A DNA stretch of 64,000 nucleotides. It comes from an uncultured Mycoplasmatota bacterium. GTDB lineage: Bacteria > Bacillota_I > Bacilli_A > RF39 > UBA660. The translations under genes were made by a program, and so were the position numbers. The stretch lies in the NCBI GenBank assembly GCA_946497955.1, contig CAMMMH010000003.1:10316-74315 (forward strand), read 5' to 3'. Position 1 is the first letter of the stretch. Each line of letters opens with the position of its first letter. Positions 27,789-37,238 of the stretch are shown piece after piece. The notes below the pieces were generated by a model. The model did not search any database and was not told where the DNA came from. It was given only the letters and a program-made list of their open reading frames with translations.

Positions 27789-29951
27789 GTGAAAGACGTG
27801 AAAAAAGATACTATTACAATAGATGATTTAATGGATAAAGTAGACTCTTATATAAAAGATCCTAAAGAGCGAGAAAAGATACTTGATGCTTATTACTATG
27901 CTAAAGAAAAACATGCTGGACAGTATCGTAAGAGTGGGGAGGAATATATTATTCATCCCCTTAATGTTGCGATGATACTTACTTCAATTTACTCAGATAG
28001 TGAGTGTTTGATGGCAGGACTTTTACATGATGTAATAGAAGACTGTGATGTAGATATAGATGAGTTTAAAGAAAAGTTTGGTCTTACTGTCTATAAAATA
28101 GTAGATGGTGTTACTAAGTTAGGTAGACTTCACTTTTCTACTGATAATGAATACTTAGTAGAGTACTATAAAAAGATAATTGTTGGTATGAGTGAGGATG
28201 TTAGAGTAATTATTGTTAAGCTTGCAGATAGACTTCATAATATGAGAACATTATGGGCAACTCCTGTTGAAAAACAAAAGAAAAAGTCTAAAGAAGTTCT
28301 TGAAATCTTTGCACCTTTAGCCCATCACTTAGGTATTCATAAAATAAAAAGTGAACTAGAAGACTTATCGCTTCGTTATTTAAAACCAACTGTATTCTAT
28401 GATATTGCTGATAAACTTAATAAAACAAAGGCAGAACGAGATACAACTGTTTATGAGATGCAAGAAGAAGTAACAGAACTACTTAATGAACATCATATAC
28501 CGCATCAGATAAAGGGACGTGCTAAGAGTATTTATAGTATCTATAATAAACTTGATAAAGGTAAGAAATTTAGTGATATCTATGATTTACTGGCTTTAAG
28601 AGTTTTAGTAGATACTGAACAAGACTGTTATCTTGCTCTTGGTCTAATCCATTCTAAGTTTAGACCACTCCCTAAACGTTTTAAAGACTATATCGCTATG
28701 CCTAAGCCTAATATGTATCAGTCCCTTCATACAACCGTCTTTGGTATTGATGGTTATCTATTTGAAATTCAAATTAGAACTTATGAGATGGATGAAGTTG
28801 CCGAAAATGGTATCGCTTCCCACTGGGCATATAAAGAAAATGGTGGTAGTAATAAAACGGCTAATCTTCAGTCTTTAACTACCCAAAAGCTTCAATTCTT
28901 TAAAGAGATAATGGAGTTAGAAAACGATAAGATGAGTAGTGAAGACTTTGTTAGTTCTGTTAAAGATGAAGTTTTAAATAATAATATCTATGTCTTTACT
29001 CCTAAAGGAGATGTCTTTGAATTACCTAAAGGAGCGACTCCTTTAGACTTTGCATATAAAGTTCATAGTAAAGTAGGGGAGACTACAGTTGGGGCTTTTG
29101 TTAATGGGAATATTGTTCCTTTGGATTATGAGTTAAAAAGTAATGATATAGTTAAAATAAATACTAATAAAAGTGCCCATCCATCAAAAGAGTGGTTAAA
29201 TATCGTTAAAACAACAGGGGCTCGTAATAAGATTAAGAGTTACTTTAGTAAAAATGAAAAAGAAGTTCTAGTAGAACGAGGGAAAGAGTTCTTAGAAAAA
29301 GATTTAAGGAAAAGAAAAATACCTCTTAATGACTTTTATAGTGATGAGAAAATTAAAGAAGTCTATAAAACTTTAAAAATAGATAATCTTGATGACTTAT
29401 ACTATGATATAGGTAGTGGTAAACATACTCCTAATAATGTTATTAATATAAATTATGAGAAAAAAGAAGAAGAGAAGCCTAAACTACTTAAAAATATTGT
29501 CAAAATAAATGATAGTGCTTCAGACATAATAGTTGACGGAATAGACAAAATAAAAGTAAGTATCGCTTCATGCTGTAAACCAGTTCATGGTGATGATATT
29601 GTTGGTTATATTACAAGGGGTAATGGTATTACTATCCATAGAAGTACTTGCCGTAACTTAGCAAGTATGGATGATAGATGTATCAAAGTAAGTTGGGATG
29701 ATAAACCTACTAATAAGTATTATAGTGACTTAATTATTAGAACAGATACCCTAGATAATAAACTAGTTGATATTACTAGTACGGTTAGTAAAGATAATGC
29801 TTCTATTACAAGTATCAAAACAGTAAATAGAGATGAATATGCTACTTATGAGATGGAAGTAGTTGTTAGAGATTTAGAACACTTAAATAAATTAATACTA
29901 GATTTAAATAATTTACCATATATTACAAGTGTAGAAAGGTTGATATCATGA
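27789..29951 (+). CDS. relA: Bifunctional (p)ppGpp synthetase/hydrolase (RelA/SpoT homolog)
   Basis: HD hydrolase domain (LLHDVIEDC), synthetase domain (GRAKSIYSIYNKL, YQSLHTTV), TGS and C-terminal ACT-like regions. Confidence 0.95.
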   Translation: MKDVKKDTITIDDLMDKVDSYIKDPKEREKILDAYYYAKEKHAGQYRKSGEEYIIHPLNVAMILTSIYSDSECLMAGLLHDVIEDCDVDIDEFKEKFGLTVYKIVDGVTKLGRLHFSTDNEYLVEYYKKIIVGMSEDVRVIIVKLADRLHNMRTLWATPVEKQKKKSKEVLEIFAPLAHHLGIHKIKSELEDLSLRYLKPTVFYDIADKLNKTKAERDTTVYEMQEEVTELLNEHHIPHQIKGRAKSIYSIYNKLDKGKKFSDIYDLLALRVLVDTEQDCYLALGLIHSKFRPLPKRFKDYIAMPKPNMYQSLHTTVFGIDGYLFEIQIRTYEMDEVAENGIASHWAYKENGGSNKTANLQSLTTQKLQFFKEIMELENDKMSSEDFVSSVKDEVLNNNIYVFTPKGDVFELPKGATPLDFAYKVHSKVGETTVGAFVNGNIVPLDYELKSNDIVKINTNKSAHPSKEWLNIVKTTGARNKIKSYFSKNEKEVLVERGKEFLEKDLRKRKIPLNDFYSDEKIKEVYKTLKIDNLDDLYYDIGSGKHTPNNVININYEKKEEEKPKLLKNIVKINDSASDIIVDGIDKIKVSIASCCKPVHGDDIVGYITRGNGITIHRSTCRNLASMDDRCIKVSWDDKPTNKYYSDLIIRTDTLDNKLVDITSTVSKDNASITSIKTVNRDEYATYEMEVVVRDLEHLNKLILDLNNLPYITSVERLIS

Positions 29952-30382
29952 GAGTCTTAGTCCAAAGATGCAGTAATGCTAAATGTGTTGTTAAAGGTAA
30001 GAACATTAGTGAAATAGATGATGGCTTAATGTTACTTGTTGGTTTTACTGATACAGATAATAAAGATACTGTTTTATGGATGGTAAAAAAGATCCTTAAT
30101 CTTAGAATATTTCCTGATAGTAATGGTGTAATGAACTTATCTATCTTAGATACTAAAGGCTCTATTTTATCGATATCTCAGTTTACTTTATATGCTGATA
30201 CTACTAAAGGTAATAGACCTAGTTATATTAAAGCGATGGGTGGAGAGAAAGCAAAGTTACTTTATGAATACTTTAATAAAGCATTAAGTAGTTATGTTCC
30301 TACAAAGAGTGGAGTATTTGGGGCAGATATGTCTATTACTTTGACTAATATGGGACCTACTACGATTATGTTGGAGAGATAA
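29948..30382 (+). CDS. dtd: D-aminoacyl-tRNA deacylase
   Basis: MRVLVQR...SQFTLYADTTKGNRPS... ATGA overlap with relA. Confidence 0.95.
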   Translation: MRVLVQRCSNAKCVVKGKNISEIDDGLMLLVGFTDTDNKDTVLWMVKKILNLRIFPDSNGVMNLSILDTKGSILSISQFTLYADTTKGNRPSYIKAMGGEKAKLLYEYFNKALSSYVPTKSGVFGADMSITLTNMGPTTIMLER

Positions 30383-30384
30383 TT

Positions 30385-31446
30385 ATGTATAAAAATAAAA
30401 TAAATTATAAATTATTAAATTTTTTAATCCTTATGGGACTTTTGTATATTATAGTTACTAATATAGGTACTTGGTTTAATATCTTTGCCTCTATTATTAG
30501 TATCTGTATGCCTTTTATTATTGCCTTTGCTATTTCTTATGCCCTTAATCCCATAGTAAGAAAACTAGTAGAAAAAGGGGTTAGAAAATCTCTTGCTGTT
30601 ACTATTGTGGTTGTTGCTGTCTCTGCTATTATCATTGCTTTATTAGTTATAACCTTACCACTTCTATATAATCAACTTGTGATGTTTGCTACTAACTTTG
30701 GTAAAGTAATAGAAGATGTAGGAGATAAATTTAATATTAATCTAGACTTTATAACTGATAGTAGTGAGGGTTATTTAAACGATATTATTACTAGTTTAGG
30801 TAACTTTCTAAAAGATGGTACCATTGATATAGTAGGTAAAACGGCATCATTTTTAGGTAAAGTAGTAATCTGTTATGTTGTTTCTATCTATTTCCTTGCT
30901 TATATGGATAAGATAAGAGAGGTAGTGGCAACCTTCTTAAAACAAGCGAAATATAAGTATTATCGTTATGTTAAAGCTTTAGATACTGAGCTTAGTAATT
31001 ATTTAAAAGGCCTTTTAACCTTTATGGTTATTCAGTTCTTTGAATATTCTCTTGTCTTTTTAATAGTAGGACATCCTAACTGGTTCTTATTTGGAGTTCT
31101 AGCTTCCCTTACTACCGTTATTCCTTATTTTGGAGGACTTATTACCAACTTACTTGCACTTTTAACAGCATCAGTCATAAGCCCATCATTATTTATCGCT
31201 ACCTTAGTAATCTGTTTAATATTCCCTCAGTTAGATGGTTATGTTATATCTCCTAGAGTCTATGGCAAGACAAATAATGTAAACCCACTAATTACGATTA
31301 TGATGGTATCAATTGGGGGTACAGTAGGAGGACCTCTTGGTATAATTATCGCTTTACCAGTATATATATTAATATCAGCAAGTTATAGATTCTTTAAAAA
31401 TGATATCAAAAAAGGCGTTAAAAAAGTTAAAGCCGAGATAAGTTAA
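30385..31446 (+). CDS. AI-2E family transporter (PerM-like permease)
   Basis: About 8 TM segments, with the IPYFGG motif region. Confidence 0.8.
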   Translation: MYKNKINYKLLNFLILMGLLYIIVTNIGTWFNIFASIISICMPFIIAFAISYALNPIVRKLVEKGVRKSLAVTIVVVAVSAIIIALLVITLPLLYNQLVMFATNFGKVIEDVGDKFNINLDFITDSSEGYLNDIITSLGNFLKDGTIDIVGKTASFLGKVVICYVVSIYFLAYMDKIREVVATFLKQAKYKYYRYVKALDTELSNYLKGLLTFMVIQFFEYSLVFLIVGHPNWFLFGVLASLTTVIPYFGGLITNLLALLTASVISPSLFIATLVICLIFPQLDGYVISPRVYGKTNNVNPLITIMMVSIGGTVGGPLGIIIALPVYILISASYRFFKNDIKKGVKKVKAEIS

Positions 31447-31551
31447 GTAAGTGTCAAGTAGTCCTGTAAACTTGATAAAGTGCTAGATTTGTGCTAAAAT
31501 TATATATGCTTATGGAAAGCGAAAAAAAGAAAGTGGTGGTTGGACGCTATT

Positions 31552-32052
31552 ATGAGGACTTTTTATCCAAGTGAGGAGTTTAATAATATAATAATGCCAA
31601 TTGTAAGTAATAGTGAGTATCAAAAGACAAAGAATTGTGTCCATCATGGCATGGATAGATATTCGCATATGATGAGAGTTGCTTACTATTCATATAAAGT
31701 AACTAAGTTTTGTCATTTAGATTATAGAAGTACAACAAGAGGAGCGGTTTTACATGATTTCTTTTTAGATGAGTATGATGAGAAAAGAGCTCATATGTTA
31801 GTAAATCATCCTAAAATTGCTTTAGAAAACTCTAGTAAGTATTTTGATTTAAATGACTTAGAGCAAGATATAATTAAAGCTCATATGTTTCCTGTAGGTA
31901 AGACACTTCCAAGATATTTAGAAAGTTGGATAGTCAATGTTGTTGATGATATCGCTTGTTTCTATGAGAGAAGTTATGTCTTAAAGGAAAATATGTCTGT
32001 CGCTTGTAGTATGGTTATTTTATTATTCATGGTATTTTTCAAGAGATGGTGA
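31552..32052 (+). CDS. HD-domain protein
   Basis: H..HMMRVA....LHDFF pattern. ATG 31552 is preferred over TTG 31540. Confidence 0.6.
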   Translation: MRTFYPSEEFNNIIMPIVSNSEYQKTKNCVHHGMDRYSHMMRVAYYSYKVTKFCHLDYRSTTRGAVLHDFFLDEYDEKRAHMLVNHPKIALENSSKYFDLNDLEQDIIKAHMFPVGKTLPRYLESWIVNVVDDIACFYERSYVLKENMSVACSMVILLFMVFFKRW

Positions 32053-32057
32053 ACCTT

Positions 32058-32522
32058 ATGAACATAAAAGAGTTGTTAGATGGTAATGTTAATAATATAT
32101 CAATAGATGAAGAATTTACTATTCCTAAAGAAGAATATGCTAATACTGATATAATAGATTTAGAGAAAATTAAAGTAAAAGGTAATCTAACATATCCGGA
32201 TGTTGATGATTTATTATTAGAAGTAGATTGTTCTTCTACAATGAAATTAAATGATTCTGTTAGTTTAGAGCCAGTAAATTATCCTTTTTCTTTTAAAATT
32301 AGTGAAAATGTGGCTGAATTCTTAGAAAAAGATCAATTTACTCTTGATATTATTAGCATTTTATGGGAAAATATAGTACTAGAGATCCCTATTCGCTATA
32401 GCGAAGTCACTAATTATGATGAATATAAAGGGGATGGATGGAGAGTTATTAGTGAAGATGAGAAAAAGGTAAATACTAATAATCCCTTTAAAGATTTATT
32501 AAAAGAAATAGAGAAGGAGTGA
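32058..32522 (+). CDS. YceD-family (DUF177) protein
   Basis: Acidic protein of about 155 aa directly upstream of rpmF (conserved yceD-rpmF pairing). Confidence 0.7.
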   Translation: MNIKELLDGNVNNISIDEEFTIPKEEYANTDIIDLEKIKVKGNLTYPDVDDLLLEVDCSSTMKLNDSVSLEPVNYPFSFKISENVAEFLEKDQFTLDIISILWENIVLEIPIRYSEVTNYDEYKGDGWRVISEDEKKVNTNNPFKDLLKEIEKE

Positions 32523-32548
32523 TAATGATGTTAAAGTTAGATATTCAA

Positions 32549-32743
32549 ATGTTTGCAGTTCCTTTTAGAAAGGTATCTAAAACAAGAAAAAGAATGAGAA
32601 GAAGTCATAACGCAATTGACGTACCAGGAATGGTTAAATGTCCTAACTGTGGGGAAATGATTAAAGCTCATCGTGTTTGTCCTAAATGTGGAAGTTATAA
32701 AGGAAAAACAGTTGTTGATATGACAGAGAAAGAAGAGGCTTAA
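32549..32743 (+). CDS. rpmF: 50S ribosomal protein L32 (Zn-ribbon type)
   Basis: [18 protein letters not shown] + CPNCG...CPKCG. The start is ambiguous: ATG 32549 gives a canonical length, but the good RBS (AAGGAG) serves ATG 32525/32528. Confidence 0.85.
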   Translation: MFAVPFRKVSKTRKRMRRSHNAIDVPGMVKCPNCGEMIKAHRVCPKCGSYKGKTVVDMTEKEEA

Positions 32744-32812
32744 TAAAGTCTTTTTTTGTTGTTATTTTTCTTCTTTTGTGATAGTATAAAGAAACAGAAA
32801 AGAGGAAGAGTT

Positions 32813-33535
32813 ATGAAAGTAATTAGAGATGAAGATAAAAATAGTAATAAGTATATAATGAGGTTTGAAGTAGAAAAAGGTACTATTCAAAAAAATACTA
32901 GAAAAAATGCTTCTGCTGTTGAGATTAAAACTGAAGACTATAATAATCTAGTAGTTTATATGGCTAATGGTTCTAAACCTAGGTATACTAATATAGAAGA
33001 GAATAAAGTAAGGTTATTAGAATTAAGACATCAGCAATTTTTAAAGAATAAAGGGAAGTTAAAGAGTTTGAAAGACTATAAAACTATCTTTAATGTTGTC
33101 TCTGGCGGAATTGCAGGTATTATTGTAGGTGTGACTTCTATGGCTACTAGTTCAATTACAATTCTTTTGCAGTGTTCTGCTATTGCTTTTGTTTTAGCAT
33201 ATACTTCTGCTCTTGTAGTTAATAAAGTAATAAATAGTAAAATAAATGATATAAATAAATATGCTTTATTTTTCGAAAATGAAGATATATTTAAAGATGT
33301 AGATTTAGATGATTCTAATATTTTAGAAAGAGTTAAAAGTAAAGATAAAGCAATAATTGCAGAAATAAAACAAGAAAAAGATAAAGAGAATGAAAAAACA
33401 TATTTCGATAATAATAGTATTGATGGCCTATCTTTAGATGCTTTAAGAAAGATAAAAGCTAATATAGAAAGAGAAAACTATTTAGGTTTAGTTAGGACTG
33501 ATGAGAAAACTAAAGGTAAGTCATATGTAAAGTAA
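32813..33535 (+). CDS. Hypothetical membrane protein
   Basis: ATG 32813 follows GAGGAAGAG. Two central TM helices. No family recognised. Confidence 0.5.
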   Translation: MKVIRDEDKNSNKYIMRFEVEKGTIQKNTRKNASAVEIKTEDYNNLVVYMANGSKPRYTNIEENKVRLLELRHQQFLKNKGKLKSLKDYKTIFNVVSGGIAGIIVGVTSMATSSITILLQCSAIAFVLAYTSALVVNKVINSKINDINKYALFFENEDIFKDVDLDDSNILERVKSKDKAIIAEIKQEKDKENEKTYFDNNSIDGLSLDALRKIKANIERENYLGLVRTDEKTKGKSYVK

Positions 33536-33564
33536 AAAAATAAAATTTATATGAATTTTGAAAA

Positions 33565-33592
33565 TTGACTTAAAAAGAGGAGTCAATTTTTT
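33565..33592 (+). terminator. Rho-independent terminator
   Basis: TTGACT / AGTCAA stem followed by a T6 run. Confidence 0.5.
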
Positions 33593-33731
33593 ATTTTCTC
33601 TAGAGGAATTTTCAAAATTAAAGGTAGTAAATACCTCCAATTACTAATTTTCGTAAATTGCAATGTATTTTAACTTATGTTAGAGTGTAGGCATCTGCAG
33701 ATAAATCATTATTGTTGGAGGTAAAAATATT

Positions 33732-34622
33732 ATGAAACAAAAAGAAAATAAAGAAAAGAATGAAAAGAGTGAGAAGAAATTCATTAGTCTTTTATCAGAC
33801 ACTACATTTAAACACTTCTTTAAAATAGAAGACTATAAAGAATTCTTTAATACTATTATAAAACCATATACTAATATGGATATTAGTGAGTTTAGATTAT
33901 ATGATACTGAATTTAATAGTGGTAATGAAAAACGTGATTATCGTTTAGATATATTACTTGAAAGTGATAAATGTGATTTAATTATATTAATAGAGATGAA
34001 TCAGTTTCCTAGTGAAGAGACAAAATATAAAGATAGATTATATGTATACGGCTTACTTGCTAAAAGCCTAAATAGTGGTGAAGATATAAAGAAGAAGAAA
34101 GTCATTCAAATAAACTTTAATAAAGAAAAGCATCCTTATGTAAGTAAAGGTTCATTCTATTTAATGGATAAGGTAACTAATAGAGAAATAAAAGATTTCG
34201 AAATATACGAAGTGTATCTTGAAAATTACAAAGGAATAAGATATAATGGAGACAATAAAGAAGAAGCATATCTATCTTTATTTACTGCTACATCTTATGA
34301 AGAGTTAAGAGAAATAGCAGGAGATGATAAGGAGGCATTAAAGATTGTGGATGAATTAGAAAGACTAGGACTTGATGATAAGTTTGGATTAGCATATGAT
34401 AATGAATTGATGCAGAAAAAAATGATTAATACCGCTCGTAATTGGGGTTATGATGATGGTAAAGAAGCTGGGAAAGCTGAAGGACTAGAAGAAGGTGCTA
34501 AGGCAGAAAAAATATCTATTGCTAAAAAACTTCTTAATATAGGTACACCTAAAGAAGACATAATAAAGGTTACTGGACTAAGTATAGAAGATTTAAATAA
34601 CTTATTAGAAGATAATGATTAG
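33732..34622 (+). CDS. Rpn-family recombination-promoting nuclease / 'putative transposase' (PD-(D/E)XK), locus 1
   Basis: N-terminal FISLLSDTTFKHFFK. Nuclease core RDYRLDILLE...LILIEMNQ (D...ExQ). C-terminal helical tail ...AKAEKISIAKKLLNIGTPKEDIIKVTGLSIEDLNNLL typical of the TIGR01784-like family. Confidence 0.75.
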   Translation: MKQKENKEKNEKSEKKFISLLSDTTFKHFFKIEDYKEFFNTIIKPYTNMDISEFRLYDTEFNSGNEKRDYRLDILLESDKCDLIILIEMNQFPSEETKYKDRLYVYGLLAKSLNSGEDIKKKKVIQINFNKEKHPYVSKGSFYLMDKVTNREIKDFEIYEVYLENYKGIRYNGDNKEEAYLSLFTATSYEELREIAGDDKEALKIVDELERLGLDDKFGLAYDNELMQKKMINTARNWGYDDGKEAGKAEGLEEGAKAEKISIAKKLLNIGTPKEDIIKVTGLSIEDLNNLLEDND

Positions 34623-34654
34623 ACAATTAATAACTGTAAGGAGGCTACAATATT

Positions 34655-34915
34655 ATGAGCAAATCAGAAAATTTATGGCTTGATGATGATTTTGGATTAG
34701 CATATGATAATGAGATGATGCAGAAAAAAATGATTAATACCGCTCGTAATTGGGGTTATGATGATGGTAAGGCAGATGGTGCTAAGGCAGAAAAAATAGA
34801 AATTGCTAAAAATCTTCTTAATATAGGTACACCTAAAGAAGATATAATAAAAGTTACAGGTTTAAGTGAAGATGAGATAAATAATTTACTAGAAGAGTTA
34901 AAGAAAGAAGCTTAA
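34655..34915 (+). CDS. Stand-alone copy of the Rpn C-terminal domain (86 aa)
   Basis: Own RBS TAAGGAGGC 10 nt upstream of the ATG. Re-encodes residues ~206-296 of the upstream gene. A 55-nt run is perfectly identical (34408-34462 = 34716-34770). Lacks the EAGKAEGLEE segment. Confidence 0.7.
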   Translation: MSKSENLWLDDDFGLAYDNEMMQKKMINTARNWGYDDGKADGAKAEKIEIAKNLLNIGTPKEDIIKVTGLSEDEINNLLEELKKEA

Positions 34916-34952
34916 TAACTTCTTTCTTTAATCCTAAAAATGAGGTGCTGAT

Positions 34953-37238
34953 ATGGATTTTAAATTTACTGATAATTCTATTTATATTGTTCCTAATAGT
35001 TTAAAATTAAAACTATTAGATAAGTTGTCAAAAGAAAGAAAAATTTATAATATAACTTTTATAAGTTTAGAAGAATTAGAAAAACATTATTTCTTTGATA
35101 TAAAAGAAGATGCTTTACTATATCTTTTAGATAAGACTAATGAGAATATAGATGTGTTAAGACTTATGTTAGGAAATCTTTATAAAATAGAAATTACTAA
35201 AGAATATAGGGAGTCTAAATTAAATAATCTTAAGAGTTTATATTATGACTTAAAAAATAATAACTATCTAATATTTGATAAAGGTTATATTGATTATTTA
35301 TTAACTAAAAACATCTTTATCTTAGGTTATAGTATGCTAGAGGCATATCAAAGAGATATGTTAGATAGTATTAATACTAACTATTTAGATATTAGTGGCA
35401 ATTTATCTATAGATACTGTATATAAATATCATTCTATGAAAGATGAAGTTATAGGTACGGCTTTAAAGATAAGAGAACTTAATAGTAAAGGTGTTAGTTA
35501 TAATAAAATCTTTCTAGCGGGTGTTGACAATAGTTATAACTATTTACTTAAAACTATTCTTTCTATGTTTGATATACCTTTATACCTTAAATCTACTAGT
35601 AAACTAACTTCTTTAATAAGTGTTAAAGAGTATCTAAAAGATAAAGATATTAATCATATTAAAGATATTAATTTAAAAGCTAAGATTATGAAAATAAATG
35701 ATGATTTAACTTATGCTAAGAATAGTAAATATTATGATATTCTTTTAAAAGATAGACTAGAAAAGGCTTCAATGGACAGTATAGAGTTAGTAGAGTCTGT
35801 TAAAGTCTTAAATGAAGCATTAGATATTCCTTATCTAGTTAGTGATGATGAATACTTGTTTGCCCTAGGTTTTAATCAAAATCATTTACCTAAAATATAT
35901 AAAGACGAAGAGTACTTAAGTGATAATTTAAAGAATAAATGTAATTTAAATACCTCTACTATTAAAAATAAATTGAGTAAAGATAATCTAGTTAAAGTCC
36001 TAGGAACTATTAAAAACCTAACAATATCATATAAACTAACATCATTAACTGGAGAATATGCTAAATCTAGTTTATTAAATGAACTTAATTTAAAAGAAGT
36101 AGATAGTCTTAATTATAATTATAATTATAGTAGAGACTTTAATAATTATAGAGTAAGTAGTGTCTTAGATAATTATTATAAATATCATGAGAAAGATAAA
36201 GATTTTGACTTTCTAACTACTAATGTAGATACAAGTAAATATACTAGCTTTGATCATAAATTTAAAGGTATTAATAGAGAGGTTACTCCTTATAACTTAT
36301 CTTACTCAAGTATAGATGATCTTGCTAAGTGTCCTTTTAAATACTATTTAAAATATATCTTAAAATTAGATAGCTTTGAAGAAAATTTTAGTACAAAAAT
36401 AGGTAATATCTTTCATAGTGTTTTAAAAGACAGTTATAATGATAACTTCTCTTTTGATGTTGCTCTAAATATTGCCTTAAAGGATAATCCTTTAGAAAAA
36501 GATGAGGCTGTTTTATTTAGAAGATTAGAAAGTGAGTTAGAGAAAATAGTTAATTATAATAAAGAGGTAGAAAAAAGAAGTTTTCTTACTGAGTTTTATG
36601 GTGAAAAGAGATTAGAGATACCTCTTGGTAACCATGCAACTTTAAAAGGCTTTATTGATAAGATACTCTTTAAAGAATTTCATGATAAAACTTATTATGC
36701 TGTTTTTGATTATAAGACAGGTAGTGCAACCCTAAACTTAGATTATTTAGATGAGGGACTATATTTACAACTACCATTATATATTTATCTAATTAATAAA
36801 AGTAATTTGTTTTCTAATCCTACCTTTGTTGGTTTCTTTTATCAGTACTTATTACAAAACTATAAAGATAAAGAAGAACAACTTAAGAATTTAAAACTAG
36901 TAGGTTATACTACTGATGATAAAGTAATACTTTCCTATTTAGATGAAGACTATGAGACTAATTCTTTTGTTAAAGGGTTAAGTGTAAAAAAAGATGGAGA
37001 GTTATCTAGTAGAAGTAAAGTATTAAGTGATAGTGAAGTAGAAGATATAATGAACTCTATTAATAAAGCTTTAGATAAATCTCTTAACATAATAGATAAT
37101 AATCTCTTTGATATCGCTCCTAAAGTAATTAATAATAAAAATATTTCTTGCGAGTTTTGTCCCTTTAAAGAAGTATGTTTTGTAAGTCCTAGTGACTATG
37201 TTTATCTTGATAAGAAAGAAGGTGAAGAGAATGCCTAA
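34953..37238 (+). CDS. addB: Helicase-nuclease complex subunit AddB/RexB (no N-terminal Walker A)
   Basis: C-terminal RecB-type nuclease (GFIDKILF...FDYKTG) bracketed by Cys residues (CPFKYY; CEFCPFKEVC = Fe-S staple). Directly upstream of and overlapping addA. Confidence 0.85.
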   Translation: MDFKFTDNSIYIVPNSLKLKLLDKLSKERKIYNITFISLEELEKHYFFDIKEDALLYLLDKTNENIDVLRLMLGNLYKIEITKEYRESKLNNLKSLYYDLKNNNYLIFDKGYIDYLLTKNIFILGYSMLEAYQRDMLDSINTNYLDISGNLSIDTVYKYHSMKDEVIGTALKIRELNSKGVSYNKIFLAGVDNSYNYLLKTILSMFDIPLYLKSTSKLTSLISVKEYLKDKDINHIKDINLKAKIMKINDDLTYAKNSKYYDILLKDRLEKASMDSIELVESVKVLNEALDIPYLVSDDEYLFALGFNQNHLPKIYKDEEYLSDNLKNKCNLNTSTIKNKLSKDNLVKVLGTIKNLTISYKLTSLTGEYAKSSLLNELNLKEVDSLNYNYNYSRDFNNYRVSSVLDNYYKYHEKDKDFDFLTTNVDTSKYTSFDHKFKGINREVTPYNLSYSSIDDLAKCPFKYYLKYILKLDSFEENFSTKIGNIFHSVLKDSYNDNFSFDVALNIALKDNPLEKDEAVLFRRLESELEKIVNYNKEVEKRSFLTEFYGEKRLEIPLGNHATLKGFIDKILFKEFHDKTYYAVFDYKTGSATLNLDYLDEGLYLQLPLYIYLINKSNLFSNPTFVGFFYQYLLQNYKDKEEQLKNLKLVGYTTDDKVILSYLDEDYETNSFVKGLSVKKDGELSSRSKVLSDSEVEDIMNSINKALDKSLNIIDNNLFDIAPKVINNKNISCEFCPFKEVCFVSPSDYVYLDKKEGEENA

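Noticed and set aside
32519-32548. A possible 8-10-aa N-terminal extension of ribosomal protein L32 (the good RBS serves ATG 32525/32528).
   Set aside because: The conserved L32 N-terminus (AVPFRKVSK) begins right after ATG 32549. This cannot be resolved without proteomics, so it is recorded only as start-site ambiguity.
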